Under the pieces are notes generated by a model, which was not told the DNA's origin, made no database searches, and saw only the letters and a program-made list of their open reading frames with translations. DNA of 64,000 nt from the human T2T-CHM13v2.0 reference genome, Homo sapiens: assembly GCF_009914755.1 (NCBI RefSeq), contig NC_060932.1; one strand, 5' to 3'. This document shows positions 1 through 13,515 of the stretch, piece after piece. Both the position numbers and the translations under genes were made by a program. Position 1 is the stretch's first letter. Each line of letters starts with the position of its first letter.

Positions 1-3000
1 GTGTGTGATTGGGGATTTCAGACAATTGGAAAAGTAATTTACCCTGTCTGATTCACTTTTGAGTTAGGTTTGTATTTTAAAATGTTAACTCAATTCTTTC
101 ATTATTTATGGCATTTTAGAGCTCCATACAGAATGGAGTGAATAAGGCAGTCATAATGCAGACAGTGATGTACTGTGAAATATGAAGAAATGGGGACAGA
201 GTTTTGGAAGAGCAGAGGCACGTCACGTGCCTTAAGTTTTAGCTTTTATTAAGAAGTCAAACAAATACCATTTGTACCTCATTACCCTATGTGTAATAGT
301 GTAAGCATTACCCCGCAGACAGGAGCAGTAAGAGTCCCTCAGGTTCTGATCCTAATCTCGGATGCGGCATTACCACCTCTCCTCTGAAAGCCACTGCTGC
401 CCAGGCACACGCAGCATATTAGTGCATTTAAAGGTACCCAATTATATCCATGTGTGCATCTGAGATAGGCATCAGGACCCAAGTACATGTTAAATTCAGC
501 TCCTATAGGAAAAAAAAAAATAGCACTTGCCTTTATTAAAGAAGTACAGAAGTGGTGGAAAGAAAATTTGTCCTTTATCTGAATATTTTCAGCAAGAAAC
601 CTAGGCAGTGTTATTCTTGGTGCATTTCTTCAAAACTTTGTGAAAATGACAACTCTTCAAAGGAGGCAGACATGTGCACAAGTGTCCCCCCGCCTCTGCT
701 GATATTCCGGGAGGAGAAGGGGTGAGGGAGGAAGAGTGCGTGATGAAAGTCAAACAGTGGTCGGCTCCATTACTTCATTAATCAAGTGGAGGCATTCTGA
801 AAAATGTTTCTCTTTGGTTGCAGCCATCTATTTTTTGGTGTTAATCTGCGCCCTGTGGCAGGGTTTTGTGAAAGGAAACAATGAGCCGTTGTATCACCCC
901 CCTCCCTTTCCCCAATTGTTGTAGCCCCTGTCAGAAGGCTCCGAGGATGATGCAGGTCTGTATCAGCCTGATAAGGGAAAAGAGGATTCAAAATGGCTTT
1001 GGAGAGACTCCGTGGGAGTGGAGTGTGCTGTTTTGGACTAGATGAGCTAGGGAATATGGCAGAGGCCCTTAATGGGATCCTAAGGCTTCAGTGCCAAACC
1101 TTCTGCTGCTTCTTGAAGATTTTCTAATGAAATATTTTAATGGTAAAATTCTGTGACTGTCATAGGGGCATAGGTTCAAGATGCTGTTTTAAGTCATTTG
1201 CTCCATAATCTGTGATTAGTCAATCCAGGTCAAAAAGACAGAAAAAGAAAAAAAATATCCAAACTCAAGAAACCTGTCAGAGTATGTATTAGGTCACTTT
1301 TATTCTGTTGACAATGAGTGTTCAATTCACTGTCATCATGAGCTCTGTACAAGTGGCCTGTACATTTTATATACTGTGGGTTCCTATTTTATGGCTAGAT
1401 GAAATATGAAGCTATCTTTCATAATGCTGATTCCATTTTGGCAGGCCTTTGGATCCACATATGGTTCAGTTAAGCTGTTTTGGAGCCTAATGTACCTTTG
1501 TTATTTATTGAGATTTTTGAAAGGGGAATAAGTGGGCTATTTTTACTCTGCATTTAAAAAATACACATTAAATGTTTCAAACATAATTCATACAGCTAAG
1601 AAAATTCTAGTGAGCTTTAGAAACGGATCTGCTATTCCTAGGACAGCTAAAATAAAATCATTCCTACCCATGAAGGAAAAAATAAAAAGACAGCTAAAGC
1701 TCCAGCAAAATAGAACCACTATCTTACAGCACACGGTAATAATATATACGCAGAGCAATTAGTAAACATGGTCAAGAAAAGTGGGCATCAAGTCAATACA
1801 CTGTAAAGTTTAAGTATCTTTAAGCTTATAGATGATGCTGAGATTTTTTTTTTAACTATTCCTCCTACTATTGGCCTGGTGTCTTATGAATAAACATAGA
1901 GGCACAAAAAATTAAAAACAGTGGTTGTCAGATGAGTGAATGATAGGGAAATACCTCACATACCATGGATAGTCCAGTGCTTATCTAGAAAAACTTAGCT
2001 GCTTGGAGGTGATGTTTGCTCCCCACTGCTGAGACCTGATTGGTAGAGGGCAACTCCACCTTCAGATTTAACGTTCTTGTTTTGGTGAGTTTAACTCAGA
2101 CTCTTAACTATTGGTTAAAATAATGTCTGTGTGAAAATACAAAGAAAGATAGAAGAAAAGTGACACATCCTGTCATATTGGAAGACAACTTTTTGTTTCT
2201 AAAAAAGCTTTGATAGGATAGATCTATTTGTATGTATTTGTATATTAATGCTCCTACTTTGTAAAGAGCTTTCAGATTTTTATATGGCCATTTATGTATT
2301 TTTATATGGTCATTTATTTTCACTTGAAGTTAATCATTAAGAAGGCTTTTTAGAATGGACCCAAGCAAAACAGTTGGCTATTGTCTGCATGAAAGAGTAG
2401 GGATGGTCCCTTTTGGACATGTCACCCTAACTAAATCTCCAGCCATATTGTGTGCCTTCCTATAATGGTTTATTTTGCTCAAGCTTCAGCTATCTTTTAT
2501 TAGTTTCCTTTATAGTGGTATGTTATTTTTATCATCTTTACAGTCATATGAAAGGGTAGTGGAATAATCATTTCCCTTATTTCATAATTATTCTAACAGT
2601 TTTCCTCTGCTGAATCTAGTAGCAAGTAAATGACTATTAAAATGTATTTCTTTCTTTAATGTTTTGTACATACAGCCATAGAAGTCTTGAAGGAAAACTT
2701 GACTCAGTATTTATTTAGCATGTTCCATAAGTCAGGAACTCTTCTAAAATGTGGGATACAAAAATCTGAATGCTTCCCACACAGAATTGCTTCATGTAAG
2801 AGTATTTAAATAGAACTGAATTCTGTCCATAGCCTTTATGTATATTTTTAAGTAAACCTAACAAACAAAAAGTAATATTCACATGTGTGCAGGCACACAC
2901 ACATACATGCACATGCATGCTCATATAGAGTAAACAGTTGATTTTTAAGCCAACAAATAAGATAAAAATGAATACATTTGTATGTTTTTCCTATTCTTTA

Positions 3001-6000
3001 TACTCTTAACTTACACAAATAAAATAATCTTATGAAGTAAAAGCACACCTCTATTATTGAAAGAAATACACAGATTTAGTCAATATTTTTCTTGTCATAG
3101 TTTAGATATTATAAATATTAAGATTGTTTCTAACATTATTTTTCTTATAATTTCATTATTTTACATCATGGAAAAACTGAATTGCAAAATTATCATGAAG
3201 ATACTTTAAGTACTCTAATAGGTAATATAGAACAAGTGTAGAGCATTTCATCTGTAGGATGAAAAAGTTGTTTACAATTATTGACCACATAGAGCGTTAT
3301 AAAAAGACCCAATTTAATTAAAGTGGCAAATATGGTGAGGAAACCAAAAAAAAAAAAAAGTGAGAAATGAAAAAAATGCATGCAGTGAAAAGTGCTTCCA
3401 TATTATTTGATCTTTTGTGAGTTTTTATTTCACTATTGTGCATTGTCTGTGAGCATAAATTATTGAGAACTGTCTGTAACCTTAACTAAGATGGTATAAT
3501 AAATGTTTGCAATTTTACAAGATTCAAACAATTTAATTGAATTAGGGATACTGAATCTTATTTTTGGATTCCAGTATTTATCTCTAGACTTAAGAAATAG
3601 AGTTCTTTGGTAATAATGTTATCATTACGAAGTATTGCTACTATTTGTCACAAATCCTACATACCACTCAAGTGATAGAGGATAAAAGTATACTCAATCT
3701 TTTGATTGTTATTTTTGTTTCTCCTTAGCTACTGAGAGCTTTGAAAGGAGAAGCATGACATCTTCTTTCAGTTGCTTTGACAGCATCTAAAGGAATGGGC
3801 AGCCTACCATTTTCATTTTGCATCTTCTTGATAGTTCTCCAAGTATCTTTTGCTAGTGCACACACAGTTATCTTAAAGTTGAAAGGAAGGAAATCAGTAG
3901 AAACAAGCAAAAGTACAGACTATTTTAGCTAATCAGTTACTACAATCTGATATTCTCTTACCTTATTTTATATTGTTTTACTCCAAGTTTCTCCAGTTTT
4001 ACTCCAGTTACTCCAGTGAACTGAATGTCTTTTATCATCAAACAATTAGGAGTATTCTTAATATATACAGCATTTAAAAGTTTCTCAGTAATTTGCTTCC
4101 ATTCTGCAGATGTGATTCATCTGAAAATCTACATAATTCATGTTGACCAATTGTAAAATGATAGAATTTTTAAAATAATTTACCTAGTGAACCCTACATT
4201 GTGAAAGTGTTAGATTCCATGGCCACTTCACCTGGATATTAATATTAATACTATCTTGGTAAGAGCAGTGCTTTGATCACTGGAATATGTGGGAATAAAG
4301 CAGATTCCACTATGAAGTGACTTTTCACTAGAGTGGCTTAAGTTGGAGCTCAAGTTTCTTTATAATGCTTTTAGAATAATGCTGTATATTGAATGCAATT
4401 GAATATACTAGCAAACTGATAAAAGAGAGGTACCTTCATAACTCCACAGGCATAATTACATTTTTATAGTTTCCATTGATATTTACAATGCTCATTATGG
4501 CATTAACAATCTGATCCTAAATCAGGATGAAGTTTGTTATTATTCTGTGGGTTCTTATTTATTAAATCATAAGTAAACCTTCTGTTGAATATTTCTATTA
4601 ACCATACACTCTGTGGCATATAATGACACGTGGAATACTAAAGAAAAAATTGTTTCTTTAATGACAATGTAATTAAAGGTGCTACAATTTTTTAAAAAAT
4701 GTTTAACGACTATATTTTTGTCAAATTCTTGTAGTAAACTGCATTGCCTGATACAGTAACATTTCTGGATCTGATTTTATCTTTTTTTCTGCAAAGAGGA
4801 CATCTTGATTTTAAGCATTTAGCATCCTATATTTCTGTTCGTAATTTGTCATTGAGATTAAATATGTAAAATCAAGTTAGAAAGTAAAAACTAGCCTTAA
4901 GATTTTTAAAAAGAACTTACTTAATTGAGTCTGTTCAGATCTCCAAATTTCTTCCCCCATCTTCACTCCCTCCCTTTTTAGAGACAGTATCACTGATTCA
5001 TAAGGATTATTGTCTTTGGTTCTTGTGTCAGGGAGTTGAGAGGTGGAAGCAGGGGACTGCACTTTCAGGATACTACATGTGTGCTCTTTGATCTGAGGTA
5101 CAGTGTGCCTCAGGGAGTAAGTTCAATCTTGATTTCTTTAGTCAGTCATCCACTATCAGGTACCACTGTCCTGATTAACAGGCTGAAGAAAAAGAGCATA
5201 TCGTGGGTGTGTGTTACAAAGATGAAAAATACTGATGAGTCTGTTGGCAGCAGAGTCAGCCTCTCGTTGCACTGTGTGGCATTTGCTTTCTCTTTGCGTA
5301 AATCCCCTTAGTGTGTGAAGGAACAAAAATCAGTATTTCCATGTTTCTTTCCACAAACTGATAATTTTTTTTCAGCGTGGTAGTTCTCTTTATTTGTTTA
5401 ATCTTTTGCAAAATGAAAACTGGAATGAGAATTAGCAGGATGAATCATAGTGCTTTCTAAAAGACTCAAATATAGCTGTGCCTGCTTGCCATTCCTGCCA
5501 TTCTGTGAACCAAGCCATTGGCTAACCCCTGTAAAGTCTTCAGCAGCACACACCTGTGCTCTCCCTATCTCTTCATCTGGTGTTACACACAGATGTAAAA
5601 TAGTTCTCTAGACCCAGAAGGGCTTCAGTATCTATCTACTACTCATCAAGGATATCCTTCCCGAAAGATTAGTGTGTAAGGATTTTCTGAATTGCTTTTC
5701 TTATGTCTTCTCTTCTTTGGTCGAATTGAAAGAAGGACTGGCACCAAACATAAAGATATGTGCTGATAACAGCTACTGTTGTTAGTTGTCTTAGGTACAT
5801 ATTTGGGATTTTTCCATGCATATTGTATATTGTTGTGTGAAGGCAGAATTGGAAGCTCTGAAAAGACTTCTAAATAGTGAACATATACCTTGTATCTATC
5901 TTTGCCAAATTTTATTAACCTATTTCAAAATTAAAGTTTTCTACTGACAATATTAATTTTTATTTGCCAGTACTTTTTCTAGGAAAAATACAAGGTACAA

Positions 6001-6370
6001 ATGTAGTTGCATCATAAATACTTATGGTAGGCTCATGTCCATGTGAATTTATTTATTATTATACTTGACCTTGATGATGGAACCAGTTTGATAAGGTTTA
6101 AGGTCAATGACTACATTATTTTTAGACAAGATACAAAGTGTAAAATACTCTGTTTCGCTTGACGATGTTAACAACTAGTAGTGTTTAAGTTTCTCTCTGC
6201 ACTACTAATTTTTCATTCTCAGTGATTATCCAAAAGATTGCAGCACCTATAATTAATTACTCATTTGAGAAAAGAAACACAAACTAAGATATAGTTTGGC
6301 CCTTTTCTCCCTAGAAAAGTCCTGACATAGCGTGACTAAGAATAGTAACAGTGCAAGTAATAATCATCAT

Positions 6371-6416
<46 letters not shown>
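6371..6416. repeat. Compound microsatellite (TC)n(TA)n
   Basis: Read directly from sequence. Confidence 0.97.
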
Positions 6417-7889
6417 AAAATCACTGAGAGAAAAAATCTTTTTGATCACATTTACTAATTAATTCCCTTATATTGTTTGCTTAACTTTAAATGTTGTGTC
6501 ATGGTGAAAATTACAATGAAAATTACATTGTTATCTCTATTTTATAAAAGAAGAGTGAGTAGTGACCAACTCAAGCTAAACTTCTGTGTTTTATTAATTA
6601 TTTGAACTATTTTTCACTAATATCTTCTTCATGGAAATACTTATTTTATCAATGTAACAAGCATAAAAATCTCAGTAAGTAGCAATGGATTTTATATACT
6701 AGATTTCCAGAAGATGTAATATTCTACTAGATGCCATTTTATCTATGTAATTGTTAATGAGTTTAAAAAAGGCATCCTAAAGTCATCTTGACTTTTTTAT
6801 AGATACTTCCCTAGTCATTGAGAAATAAATAATGAAGTGGTAATTGTGAGCTTTTGTGTACTAGTGCATAGGGGCCAAAGAATGAATGAATCAATGTGAT
6901 ACGTGGGTCCTAAATTTGCAAGTTGCAATAGATACTTTGGAACCAATCCTGCATTAAGATGCCTTTCGCAGTATCATGAGGATATACTAAAGTTGGGCCC
7001 AAAGCTCAAAGAATAGAAACAAGCCTTTTCTATTTCTTATGATAGAGATTAATTTATCAGATTGATGTCTGGTAGACTGCAAATAGCGAATGCATTTAAC
7101 CTCTTTTGTAGCTAGAACTAACCTGTTTATAAATACTGTAATTGGATCAGAGCATAGAAATAACCAAAATGGATATAATGGGCAAAAAGACAACTGAAAT
7201 GCACCCATATTAATAATAAAACGGCAATTTTCCCCTTCCAAGTTCATTGTGCTAAAATCATTCTACACCTCCCTCTTCACTTAAAATCTACAATTTAAAA
7301 CTTTAAAAAATAACTTCAACCATACCTAATGCCATAAACTATGATTCTCACCACCTTGTTTTATCTCACTCAAATTTATTTAGACCCCCATCAGCCCTGC
7401 TCTTTCTTGTGCCTGGCTCTATTAATGATAATTACTCAGAATACTATCCCCATTCTGTGATACCATCACATCGTTGTGGGGAAGATTGTGATCTTATCCC
7501 AACCTATTCTGTTTAACTCTGACACTCCTTCTATTATAGTGGGGCCTTGATAAGATCATGCCTGTTAGGATCAGACATTAGTTGGAATCAATATTTGAAA
7601 ATGTGCCTGTTTCTGTTTAATAGTAAAGTTAGTGTGAGGGTTGAAGTGAGATCATTTGTTGGATGAGATTGTACAACTTTATCTTTCTACTACTTTATGC
7701 TCAAAAGCACAGAATGAGGTCTCTGGGAAACCATAATTTTACTGACCAATCCACCCGGATATATTAGCTTTTAGGTAGGTGACCTACCCTGAAGGGAACA
7801 CATATTTTTTAAACTGGTTGAAGTCAGAATAATGAGTTTGAAAGAATGAAAGACTGTCTTCAGAATGGTTAGTAGAAACATAATTAATT

Positions 7890-8114
7890 CAGTGGCTCTT
7901 AACTAGGGCCAGTTTTGTGCCCCAAGGGACACAGAGGGCTGTCTGAAGACATTTGGCAAAGTGAGTGTGAGGGAAGGGGACTTAGCAGTGCAACTGGCAT
8001 CTAGTTGAGAGAGGCCAGAGTGGTTACTAAAATCCTGCAATGCACAGGATGGCTCTCTACAGTGAAGAATAATCTGGCCCCAAAGCTTAATAGTGCCAAT
8101 GTGGAGAAACCGTG
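7890..8114 (+). mobile_element. MER20 (hAT-Charlie DNA transposon)
   Basis: cagtggctcttaac...ctggcatctagttgagagaggccag...gtggagaaaccgtg follows the MER20 consensus. Confidence 0.85.
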
Positions 8115-8145
8115 ATATATATACTGAGAATGTAACAAAATATAG

Positions 8146-8479
<334 letters not shown>

Positions 8480-11309
8480 TAGTGTGACAATTTATCTGCC
8501 CAGGAAGAGCAAATACTGTGACTGTCTATGTTGCTCGTTTTTCTTGTTAGCAACACCTGGTTAATTTGTTATTAAGAAATACCTTTAAGCCATAGAAATT
8601 TGGATAGTTTCCTTCAACTTTGTGCTGAATCAAGCTTCAGGTAGAAAAAAGTGAGAAATCAGTTATGCAACATCTTTGGTCTTTATGAAGCCAGTCTCTT
8701 TATTCCTTACTGGGTAATATAATCCATGTTTGGAATTTATTATTTTTTGAAATGAGTGAAATATGGAATGGAATATCTATATTTTTCACTTCTCAAACCT
8801 TCTCCAACTTCATGATATTTGCATATTTGATTATATATTTTGTTCTATATATTTTTGGTTATATATTGTTTATATATCATTTTGATGAAATAACCCTGAG
8901 TATTATATTTTTCCTAGTATCTGGGTGATTGTTTTTGCATAATGGGTGTGAAAAAAGAGAAATCACAAATTTTTAAAAATTTCTAAGCTTTCTAATGCTT
9001 ACAGAAAAAAAATAGAGCAACAAATCTATAGCATATTTCTGAACAGTAAATTTGGGGTTATCTTTTTTCGGTTTGTGCATTTTATAATTACTTAAATCTG
9101 TGCAACTGAGTTTTGAGACTAAGCTCTTTCATCTGCAAAGACAGTAAGGGGAATTTTTTTCCTTTTTGTATAATTGAGAATCCAAAAAGCTTTTTTTCCT
9201 GAGTACTCAGATGGGAGCAAACAAAGGGGGCTAGAGGTGCCAATGGCAGTAAAACCATGGAAGATTAGCACACTTCTTTTGATGAAAGGTGGCCTCCCAG
9301 AGAGTTGAAGAATAAACATATGGGCTGGAATGCCGGCTAGGAGAAAAGGACCTGAAGGAATGAGAGAAGTATTCCACTCCAGTCAGTTTAAGGGGTCAGT
9401 ACTCTGAACTGAACCTGTCAATTCATCACTCATTCTCCATTCATTTTAGTAAAGACATCATGGAGTATCCTTTTCACAGACTACTGTAGTCATAAGACCT
9501 GTAAGAAAAGGTTATTTGCTATGCCTAGAATGTTCGTGATAAGATGGCAGGTTAATCACTATTTTTCTGCTTTATTAAAAAAATTCCTCATGAAATAAAA
9601 TGGTTTATCGTATTTTTCTTTGGTTTTTTTTGGTATTACATTTTTAAAGGCCTGAATTATATTTTAGTCTTTTTTTTGGCAGCTGAAATAATTGTGCAGA
9701 TGCAAAATTATTAATTCTAAATATTGAGACATTCTAAATTATACTACTTATCAGGAATGTACTCTGCAAAAAAATAACATAATTGTAGTAATTAAATGTT
9801 TTTAAGGTTAACTTTGAAAACACAGGATGACTAATTCTTTTTTAACTTTTATTTTATTTTTTTTCTAAAGTTTCTAAAATTACACATTAGGCCTTTATAT
9901 CCACAACAAAGTATATCCTATGTATTCTAACAGCAAGAAAAAAATATTTAAAGAAAATATATTACTTCCTCCTAGTACTTCTGAATTTGAATGTGCCAAG
10001 AAAGGATGAGTAGGGGGTTTAGGCCTGTGTATCAATTTCTTTTTCCCGTGGCGTCAAAAACACAAAGTAGTCTGGTTTTGATGGAGTTAAATAAACTAAA
10101 GACAACCCACTGCTCCCAACCCTCTATCTCCTAGTACTTCACAGTCCAACAAGTCATTTATTCTTGTAGAATAAGATAAGTCTTTATGTGTTTGTGTTTG
10201 GTGGATTAACAACAGAAAATTAAGGAATTTTACAAAAATTCCAACTTGGCAAATAGTAGCAACCCTTATCATGTGGAGGCCTGATAAAACCCTCTGATAA
10301 AGCACCAGGGAAACTAGTCTGGACAATGTCTTAAAAAATATGAGGTATCTGACAGTGGTCTGTATCTCACCACTGGAGTTGGGACAATCAGTTAAATGCA
10401 AACACCACTTTAGATAATAGAACTGTTATTTGTAACTCTATGTTTCTGTCTTTAAAGGTAGAACGTTGGTTATGATAAGGGGTGTATGTCTGTAAATACT
10501 GTGTAATGAGAGAAGTGCTTTTTCTCATTCTTATCAATTTCAACTTAAAGCAAATGAGCCTTTTTGGGAAGGAAAGGAAAATTATGGTGGAATAAATAAT
10601 AGTGCTCATAATTTAGGACAGGGAAGCATTGGGGCCTAATCCAGACAAGGCAGTGCTTCACACTGTAATCCTCATACATTATCAGTTATTTAATATTCAT
10701 CACCATGTCATCAGACCTATATAGAAAATACAGTTTTTAAAAAGACCTTAGTGTTCCCTTTTATTTTTTGGATTTCCACACTAGGTACTATGAATATAAG
10801 GTTTCTCTAAGAAGGAGGCATAAAACAGCTGTGGTGAATGTGAATAATAGTATATGTAAACCTTTTCAGTTTGTGGTTTTGTTTTATTAGTTTTTTTCTA
10901 ACCCCTCCTCCAAAAGTATCAGCACCCAGCACTTTCTGGTTTCCTCTCTGAGGGTCTAGATCCCTGAATCACTTCAACCTTGACTTATTATTTGTCTGAA
11001 ATGCATACCTGTCTGTTCAAATAGTATATGTGCTCTGAGTAGTAGATTCATAGAGAGTAATTTTATGTGTTTTGTTTCATTCTTTATTCATTATTTAACA
11101 AACATTTGTCATTAGCTAAAGAAGTGCCAGACACAATGTAAGATGTTGCCGTGTACTTGAAATAGACATTGGTGTTGCTATCCTGGAGATTATATTCTAG
11201 TGACAAATACAGACAAATAAATGTGCAATTACTATACAGTAGGCAATTAGCAATAATATTATTAGTTATAAATAGAGGAAATATAGTATGGTAATATAGT
11301 ACCTAACAT

Positions 11310-11437
11310 GTGGGAGGATTGCTTGACCCCAGGAGTTTGAGGTTGCAGTGAGCTACGATCATGCCGTTGCACTCCAGTCTTGGAGACATCTAGAGCAAGA
11401 CTCTGTCTGTAAAAGAAAATAAAAATAAAAATATAAA
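11310..11437 (+). mobile_element. 5'-truncated AluJ/FRAM right monomer
   Basis: gggaggattgcttga...gcagtgagctacgatc...A-rich tail; imperfect flanking repeat ag(t/a)acctaa. Confidence 0.85.
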
Positions 11438-11573
11438 GAGAACCTAAGATATATTTTAGGATGAAAAAATAGAAGGGATGTCTAAGAAGAGGCCTGAAGA
11501 ATGAGTAAGAATAAATTGAGAGTATTTGCATGAGTTAGGAGGGGTCAGGATGTAGTGTGTATATGGGGGGAAG

Positions 11574-11575
<2 letters not shown>

Positions 11576-11605
<30 letters not shown>
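11576..11605. repeat. (TG)n microsatellite
   Basis: Read directly. Confidence 0.95.
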
Positions 11606-11608
<3 letters not shown>

Positions 11609-11973
11609 CACACGTGCTTCTATGTTGTAGAAGGCAGGAAATGGGGAATGTAATTAATGTGCAAAGGCCTACAGGCAAAAGAGAACATGGTAAACTTCAA
11701 GAATTGTTGAGTTGTCCAGTAAGAATGAAATAATTATTTAGTTTGTTTTAAAGTGTTTCAATGAGGCACTAAATCCTCAGCCTAGTTTACTTCAAGGTGT
11801 ACTGCAGATTTTTTCGATGTAATGTTTTACTTTGTTTTGTTTCACCTACAGCACTTCTTCTACATGTTGTCAAAAGAGCTTAGTAGTAGAAATAACCAGT
11901 CTTCCTACAGCTTTCTTTTTTTCTATCGCTTTCATATTTTTAGAGAAGTACACGCAACCGAGTTGTGCTGGAA

Positions 11974-12288
11974 TTTTTTTTATTATTATTTTTTATTTAT
12001 TATTTTTTTGAGATGGAGTCTCATTCTGTCGCCCAGGCTGGAGTGCAGCGGCACAATCTTGGCTCACTGCAACCTCTGCCTCCTAGATTCAAGTGATTCA
12101 TCTGCCTCAGCCTCCTGAGTAGCTGGGACTCCAGGCGTGTGCCACCACGCCCAGCTAATTTTTGTATTTTTAGTAGAGATGGGGTTTCACCATATTGGCC
12201 AGGCTGCTCTTGGACTCCTGACCTGGTGATCTGCCCATCTTGGCCTTCCAAAGTGCTGGGATTACAGGCGTGAGCCACCATGCCTGAT
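11974..12288 (-). mobile_element. AluS (Sg-like)
   Basis: Full antisense dimer with (TTA)-rich tail. Confidence 0.93.
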
Positions 12289-12563
12289 GTTGGATCCTTT
12301 TTTACTGAGATTGATCCAATATCAAAGCATACCTGAAAATTTTTGACCTTATTATCTAAAGTGTTTATCCTTTAGGCCACTATATATGTATGTGTGCATA
12401 TTTATATATAAATATTTTATATATATATATATATTCTTTTGAGCAGACATAAAATTTGGGAAAATATTTCTGCTTTCATGAAGTTTGCCATCTAATTAAA
12501 CACTCATCCAGAACAGATAAAATTATTTTAAGCATTGTATGCAGCATTAAAAGCTTTGGACTT

Positions 12564-13136
<573 letters not shown>

Positions 13137-13302
13137 CTAGCAGGCACAACATAATCCAAAAAGAAATTGCTGGCAGGTCTCTTTTCAGGTTTCTGAAGAG
13201 CACATTTTTTTTTGCATTTCTATAAAGCACAAATAATAATGGCAGAATTCCACAGTATTATAAATTAGGAACCAGAAATTATAGGTTAGTTATATGGAAT
13301 AA

Positions 13303-13515
13303 AGAGTGTTTCTCAACCTTGGTGCTGCTGGCATTTTGGACCAGATAATTCTTTGGTGTGGGGGCTGTCCTTTGCATTGTAGGATGTCTAGTGTCATTTC
13401 TGGCCTCTACCTACTAGATGCCAGTAGCATCCCCCTGGTTCTGACAATCAAAAATGTTTCCAGACATTTCCAGGTGTCCCTTGGGGAGCAAAATTGCCCC
13501 TAGCTGAGAACCGTT
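13303..13515 (-). mobile_element. MER20 (hAT-Charlie)
   Basis: gtttctcaaccttgg...ctggcctctacctactagatgccagtagca...gagaacc is the reverse complement of MER20. Confidence 0.9.

Larger units (their letters stand above)
11077..11720 (-). mobile_element. L2 relic interrupted by an Alu monomer and (TG)n
   Basis: cattctttattcattatttaacaaacattt...gtgccagacac L2 3' end signature; continues with tgtgcaaaggcct...gagaacatgg. Confidence 0.6.
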
